32,000 nucleotides of DNA from Dickeya solani IPO 2222 (lineage in GTDB: Bacteria > Pseudomonadota > Gammaproteobacteria > Enterobacterales > Enterobacteriaceae): contig NZ_CP015137.1 in NCBI RefSeq assembly GCF_001644705.1, forward strand, positions 4,620,001 through 4,652,000. The letters are read 5' to 3'. Shown here in pieces: positions 28,121 to 32,000 of this stretch; position 1 is the first letter of the stretch; every line of letters starts with the position of its first letter. The notes under the pieces were generated by a model that made no database searches, was not told the origin of the DNA, and worked only from the letters and a program-made list of their open reading frames with translations. A program made the position numbers and the translations under genes.

Positions 28121-28590
28121 CGCTGGCACGGCTGCGTGAATGGGTCCGGGAGCTGCAGGCACGTTACGGGGCCAGCGAACGGCAGGTCTGTTTTGTGCTG
28201 CGGATCAGCCGCAGTTCGTTCCGTTATCGCTCTGTGGCGGCCGATGACAGCGCTTTGCGCCTGCGTATCCGTGAGATCACGGAAATCCGCGTGCATTACG
28301 GATACCGGCGGGTTCACATCCTGCTCAGGCGGGAGGGCTGGCGGGATAACCATAAACGCATTTACCGTCTCTACCGTGAGCAGGGACTGTCCCTGCGCTC
28401 AAAAGACCGCATCGCAACAAATCAGCACAACGCCGCCAGCCACAGCCTCAGGGGCTGTATCCAAACCATGTCTGGGGCATGGATTTTGTCTCTGATGCCC
28501 TGTTTGACGGCCGCCGGTTGCGTCTGCTGACGGTGATTGACCTGTATACCCGCGAATGTCTGGGGATCTGTGTCGGGCAGAACCTCGCAG
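28108..28590 (+). pseudogene. IS3-family transposase OrfB, frameshifted and 3'-truncated
   Basis: The -1 frame reads ...HYGYRRVHILLRREGWRDNHKRIYRLYREQGLSLRSK. A 1-nt loss in the A run at 28401-28404 then shifts the frame. Homology resumes in another frame (RPHRNKSAQRRQPQPQGLYPNHVWGMDFVSDALFDGRRLRLLTVIDLYTRECLG) and ends near 28590. Confidence 0.75.
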
Positions 28591-28621
28591 ATACTCAATG
28601 CTGATGTTATGAGCATAATTT

Positions 28622-28682
28622 TTTTTCATAAAAAATGAGAGTTACCTTTGTTGGCATCAGGGCGACACCATCGGTAACTCTC
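28622..28682 (-). terminator. xynA rho-independent terminator
   Basis: The 10-bp stem gagagttacc (28637-28646) / ggtaactctc (28673-28682) is followed on the minus strand by ATTTTTTAT. It lies 48 nt downstream of the xynA stop. Confidence 0.55.
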
Positions 28683-28729
28683 ACGCTTTCAGGCTGATAT
28701 GTCAGATCTGGTCGGGATAATGCAAATGA

Positions 28730-29971
28730 TTATTTACCGACAAAGGTGGTCACACTTAACGGATTCAGCCATACCGTTGCTTTGCCGCTGTTATCAACCT
28801 GAGATGTGCCGCCATATTCAACATTCAGCACTGCTGATGTGCTGTATTTTTCAAATTTACCGACGTTGGCGTTACTGATATTCAGCGACAACATTTGGTC
28901 TGAGTCATTCGTGTTTACAGCAACAATAACCATTTTCCCATCCGAGTTCTTGTAGGCTGTAAGGTGAACATTTGACTGGGGGTTTTCCGTGGCTTGAATA
29001 CGTTGAAATCCAGGGCGAACGAACCTGGCATATTGAGACATAACATAACCACGCTTACTGACCTTGCCATCTTCAGTAAGTAATCCATAGGATCGGCGAA
29101 TATACCACCATACATAAGCATTATAATTTGCAACCATACTGGCATTCAGTTCAGTTGCAACGTCGAGTGCTGATGACCAATTATTAGCAGACTGCTTTGA
29201 GTCAACATAGTGCTCGGTCATCCAAATTTGCTTACCCGCGTTTTGAGCTAAGGGGTACGGTTTCGGCGTTGTGCCATATAAATGGCCCCCTACGATTGCA
29301 ACGTATTTTGATGCATCACTATCATTTAACACTGGGTCAGTTAATTTAGGATTAAATCCTAATGACTCTCCGACAATTATGTTGAGAGAGCCAAATTTAG
29401 ATCCTTGCGATTTGAGATAGTTTTTGAATTCATCACCACTCCATTCGCAAGATTCATAGTCGGGTTTCCAGTCAGGCTCATTTTGTATAGAAATAGCATA
29501 AAGGGAGGCACTGTTAGTCTGCATGTATTTTGAAAAATCCAGCAGGTGCGAGGTATAGGCAGAATAATATGCCGGAAGCAAACGCCCACCGTTTATCAGG
29601 CTGTTGTTGCTTTTCATATGCGCGGGTGGCGTCCAGGGGGTAGCCATTAATTTAGCCCCCAGCGAGACGGCCTGACGCGCACTCGGAACTTGTATATTCC
29701 ATTTATTGGAGTCGGGATCAATTCTTATTCGCATAATTGATAGCCCTATCTGTCCAGCATCATTACCGAATGCAGTATTAATTTGCTCTGTTGTCAGATC
29801 ATTGATCCACCCAGCACCATCCATCCCGCCAAAACCTTGAATTGTCTGGTAATTTATTCTTGCGTCAATCTTCACGGTATCAGCATAGGCAGAAAGCGAT
29901 CCTGCCGTGACTGAAACCACAATAGCCGCTCTCAAACAATGACGAACCCAGCAAGTTACATTCCTATTCAT
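28730..29971 (-). CDS. xynA: Secreted GH30 (subfamily 8) glucuronoxylanase XynA
   Basis: The 413 aa from ATG 29971 (AAGGA RBS 8 nt upstream) are near-identical to my memory of Erwinia chrysanthemi XynA (MN.NV..WVRHCL...YADTVKIDA.NYQ.IQGFGGM...). The catalytic contexts are IQNEPDW (acid/base) and WMTEHY (nucleophile). The ORF-track start at 30052 is an extension. The gene is low in G+C. Confidence 0.93.
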   Translation of the reverse strand: MNRNVTCWVRHCLRAAIVVSVTAGSLSAYADTVKIDARINYQTIQGFGGMDGAGWINDLTTEQINTAFGNDAGQIGLSIMRIRIDPDSNKWNIQVPSARQAVSLGAKLMATPWTPPAHMKSNNSLINGGRLLPAYYSAYTSHLLDFSKYMQTNSASLYAISIQNEPDWKPDYESCEWSGDEFKNYLKSQGSKFGSLNIIVGESLGFNPKLTDPVLNDSDASKYVAIVGGHLYGTTPKPYPLAQNAGKQIWMTEHYVDSKQSANNWSSALDVATELNASMVANYNAYVWWYIRRSYGLLTEDGKVSKRGYVMSQYARFVRPGFQRIQATENPQSNVHLTAYKNSDGKMVIVAVNTNDSDQMLSLNISNANVGKFEKYSTSAVLNVEYGGTSQVDNSGKATVWLNPLSVTTFVGK

Positions 29972-30262
29972 AGCATCCATCCTTAATAACATGAATATTG
30001 AGAAATAATTATAAAAACCAACTTCATCACTCATAATAAATCTATAAGACAACGAATAAACGCCACCTGTATTTACATTGTGATGGCGAGTTATTTATAT
30101 TCTATTTTTATACTAAGTTCTAGCGCTAAAACCTGCAGGCCCGTCGTCTGTCTTGAGCGGATAGTATCAGTAGATTAATTAAATCCGATCTAATAATTAC
30201 TTTAGCTTATATTTCCACCTTTTATCTGAAATCTAGAACAGGAAAACCAGAATTAGTTCAGC

Positions 30263-30294
30263 AAGATTTCCCCACAACAGGTTGGGGAAATCTT
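30263..30294 (-). terminator. Hairpin downstream of urtE (tentative terminator)
   Basis: 10-bp stem gatttcccca / tggggaaatc with an 8-nt loop, 13 nt past the urtE stop. There is no clear U tract. Confidence 0.35.
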
Positions 30295-30306
30295 CGGTTA
30301 TTAAAA

Positions 30307-31005
30307 CTAAATAGCCACCAAGTGCCGGACGCCCTGCGCTTCCATCTCCTCGCCTCTTCCATGCTGGATTATCGTGCCACGCGACATCACCAGATACTGA
30401 TCCGCCAGTTCGGCGGCAAAATCATAGAACTGCTCGACCAGTAAAATCGCCATATCGCCACGGTTTGCCAGGCCGCGGATCACCGCGCCGATCTCTTTGA
30501 TAACCGAAGGCTGGATCCCTTCGGTCGGTTCGTCGAGGATCAGTAACTGCGGTTTACAGGCCAGCGCCCTGCCGATAGCAAGCTGCTGCTGCTGCCCGCC
30601 GGAGAGATCCCCGCCCCGTCGTTGTTTCATTTCTCGCAGGACAGGGAAGAGTTCGTAAATCTCCTCCGGCACCGTTTTCGCCTGGCTGCCGGGAAAGCGC
30701 GACAACCCCATCAACAGGTTTTCCTCAACGGTGAGACGCGGAAAAATCTCCCGGCCTTGCGGCACATAGGCAATACCTTGTTGTACCCGCTGGTGCGGCT
30801 TACTGTGATTGATAAGCTTACCCTGCCAGTGAATGGTGCCGGACTTCGCCGGAATAATGCCCATCAGACATTTCAGCAGCGTGGTTTTACCCACGCCGTT
30901 ACGCCCGAGCAGGCAGGTAATCTCGCCGGGCGTGGTTTCAAACGATAAGCCACGCAGAATATGGCTGCCGCCGTAATACTGGTTTAAATCCTTAACCTGC
31001 AACAT
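30307..31005 (-). CDS. urtE: Urea ABC transporter ATP-binding protein UrtE
   Basis: 232 aa. MLQVKDLNQYYGGSHILRGLSF... with Walker A GRNGVGKTT, the signature LSGGQQQ and Walker B LLILDEP. It follows urtD by 2 nt. Confidence 0.9.
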   Translation of the reverse strand: MLQVKDLNQYYGGSHILRGLSFETTPGEITCLLGRNGVGKTTLLKCLMGIIPAKSGTIHWQGKLINHSKPHQRVQQGIAYVPQGREIFPRLTVEENLLMGLSRFPGSQAKTVPEEIYELFPVLREMKQRRGGDLSGGQQQQLAIGRALACKPQLLILDEPTEGIQPSVIKEIGAVIRGLANRGDMAILLVEQFYDFAAELADQYLVMSRGTIIQHGRGEEMEAQGVRHLVAI

Positions 31006-31007
31006 GT

Positions 31008-31799
31008 TCAGCGCCCCAGATAAACGTCGATAACCTGTTCATTCGCCTGCACCTCACGAAGCGAGCCTTCCGCTAATACCTGCCCCTGATGCAGCACGGT
31101 CACGTGATCGGCAATGGTTTCGACAAAGCCCATATCGTGTTCGACCACCATCAGCGAATGCTTACCCGCCAGCGAACGAAACAGCTCGGCGATATAGTCG
31201 GTTTCCGCATCCGTCAGCCCGGCGGCGGGTTCATCCAACAACAGCAAGTGCGGTTCCTGCACCAGCAACATGCCGATTTCCAGAAACTGTTTTTGCCCAT
31301 GCGACAGCAGCCCGGACTGACGATGTCGGTATTCGGTCAGTCTGAGCAACTGCAACACCTCGTCGATGCGATCCCGTTGCTCGCCGCTCAGTGTCGCCCG
31401 CAGGCTGGCCCAGACCGACTTATCCATTTTTTGCGCGATTTCAAGGTTTTCCATCACGCTCAGGGCTTCAAATACGGTCGGTTTCTGAAACTTCCGCCCG
31501 ATCCCCACCCGGGCGATGTCGACGGATGACATCCCTACCAGATCGATATTCTGGTCGTAAAACACCTTGCCGCTGTCCGGGCGCGTTTTGCCGGTGATCA
31601 CGTCCATCAGGGTGGTTTTCCCCGCCCCGTTCGGCCCGATCACGCAGCGTAGTTCGCCGACGCCAATCGACAGCGACAGGTCGGTCAGCGCGCGAAAAGC
31701 GTCAAAGGTGACGTTGATATTTTCTAACTGCAATACCGGATCGGTGGTCTCGCGATAGCGGTCCTGACGTTGCGGCTGGGTAAACAGCGAGTCAGTCAT
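31008..31799 (-). CDS. urtD: Urea ABC transporter ATP-binding protein UrtD
   Basis: Walker A GPNGAGKTT, the UrtD-typical MDVITGKTRPDSG, and LLLLDEP. I place the start at ATG 31799 (a GGAGGA RBS, overlapping the urtC stop by 8 nt). ATG 31823 is an alternative start. Confidence 0.85.
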   Translation of the reverse strand: MTDSLFTQPQRQDRYRETTDPVLQLENINVTFDAFRALTDLSLSIGVGELRCVIGPNGAGKTTLMDVITGKTRPDSGKVFYDQNIDLVGMSSVDIARVGIGRKFQKPTVFEALSVMENLEIAQKMDKSVWASLRATLSGEQRDRIDEVLQLLRLTEYRHRQSGLLSHGQKQFLEIGMLLVQEPHLLLLDEPAAGLTDAETDYIAELFRSLAGKHSLMVVEHDMGFVETIADHVTVLHQGQVLAEGSLREVQANEQVIDVYLGR

Positions 31800-32000
31800 G
31801 CTTCCTCCGTTTGAGAAGGCCAATTACGCCACGCGGCAGGAAAAGCGTGACCAGAATAAACATCAGCCCAAGGAAGAAGAGCCAAAAATCCGGGAACGCC
31901 ACGGTGAACCAGCTTTTGGCGCCGTTGACGATACCCGCGCCAAGGATCGGACCAATCAGCGAGCCACGCCCGCCGAGCGCCACCCAGATGGCGGCTTCGA
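31792..32000 (-). CDS. urtC: Urea ABC transporter permease UrtC, C-terminal fragment (5' end outside window)
   Basis: The open frame runs to the window edge. It reads ...GGRGSLIGPILGAGIVNGAKSWFTVAFPDFWLFFLGLMFILVTLFLPRGVIGLLKRRKHD*, the typical branched-chain/urea permease C-terminus, immediately upstream of urtD. Confidence 0.8.
   Translation of the reverse strand, partial: EAAIWVALGGRGSLIGPILGAGIVNGAKSWFTVAFPDFWLFFLGLMFILVTLFLPRGVIGLLKRRKHD

Larger units (their letters stand above)
27774..28590 (+). mobile_element. IS3-family (IS407-group-like) insertion sequence, 3'-truncated remnant (~0.8 kb of an expected ~1.2-1.3 kb)
   Basis: The left end begins TGACCCTGACCCG... at 27774, the TG... 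terminus typical of IS3-family IRL. It contains an intact orfA, the frameshift heptamer and a broken orfB. Transposase homology stops abruptly near 28586-28590 (...YTRECLGICVGQNL|ADTQC*), before the DDE catalytic core is complete, and there is no right IR. Both end coordinates are approximate. Confidence 0.8.

Overview
The window is a chromosomal segment of a Dickeya-like member of the Pectobacteriaceae. This assignment rests on a near-identical match to my memory of Erwinia chrysanthemi XynA plus typical enterobacterial housekeeping genes. The conserved backbone is fnr', uspE, pntBA, ydgH, kdsA-sirB1-prmC-prfA-hemA, lolB-ispE-prs, ychH, pth, ychF, and at the far end urtE-urtD-urtC'. Two accessory regions interrupt this backbone. 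(1) At 13980-16135, a roughly 2-kb low-GC module carries a signal-peptide DJ-1/PfpI-class protein and a divergent LysR regulator. It is bracketed by two inverted ERIC elements and sits where E. coli has dauA. (2) At about 18.6-28.6 kb lies a decayed integrative island downstream of ychF. It contains a P4-type integrase pseudogene with 4 lesions, an orphan Fic-domain protein and a 1,972-aa single-polypeptide helicase-nuclease. It also contains about 690 bp of AT-rich non-coding DNA, an unlisted 56-aa ORF with strong expression signals, and a 3'-truncated IS3-family element. The IS fragment abuts the terminator of the GH30 xylanase gene xynA. The giant protein reads as a transglutaminase-like Cys-His module, a DUF4011-like region, a Upf1-like SF1 helicase split by a ~550-aa insert, a Vsr/DUF559-like endonuclease and a DUF3320-like tail. 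The most interesting candidate for an undescribed system is this giant protein together with the flanking Fic gene and mini-ORF. All domain calls come from reading motifs by eye. No HMM or database search was possible, so the family names need confirmation.
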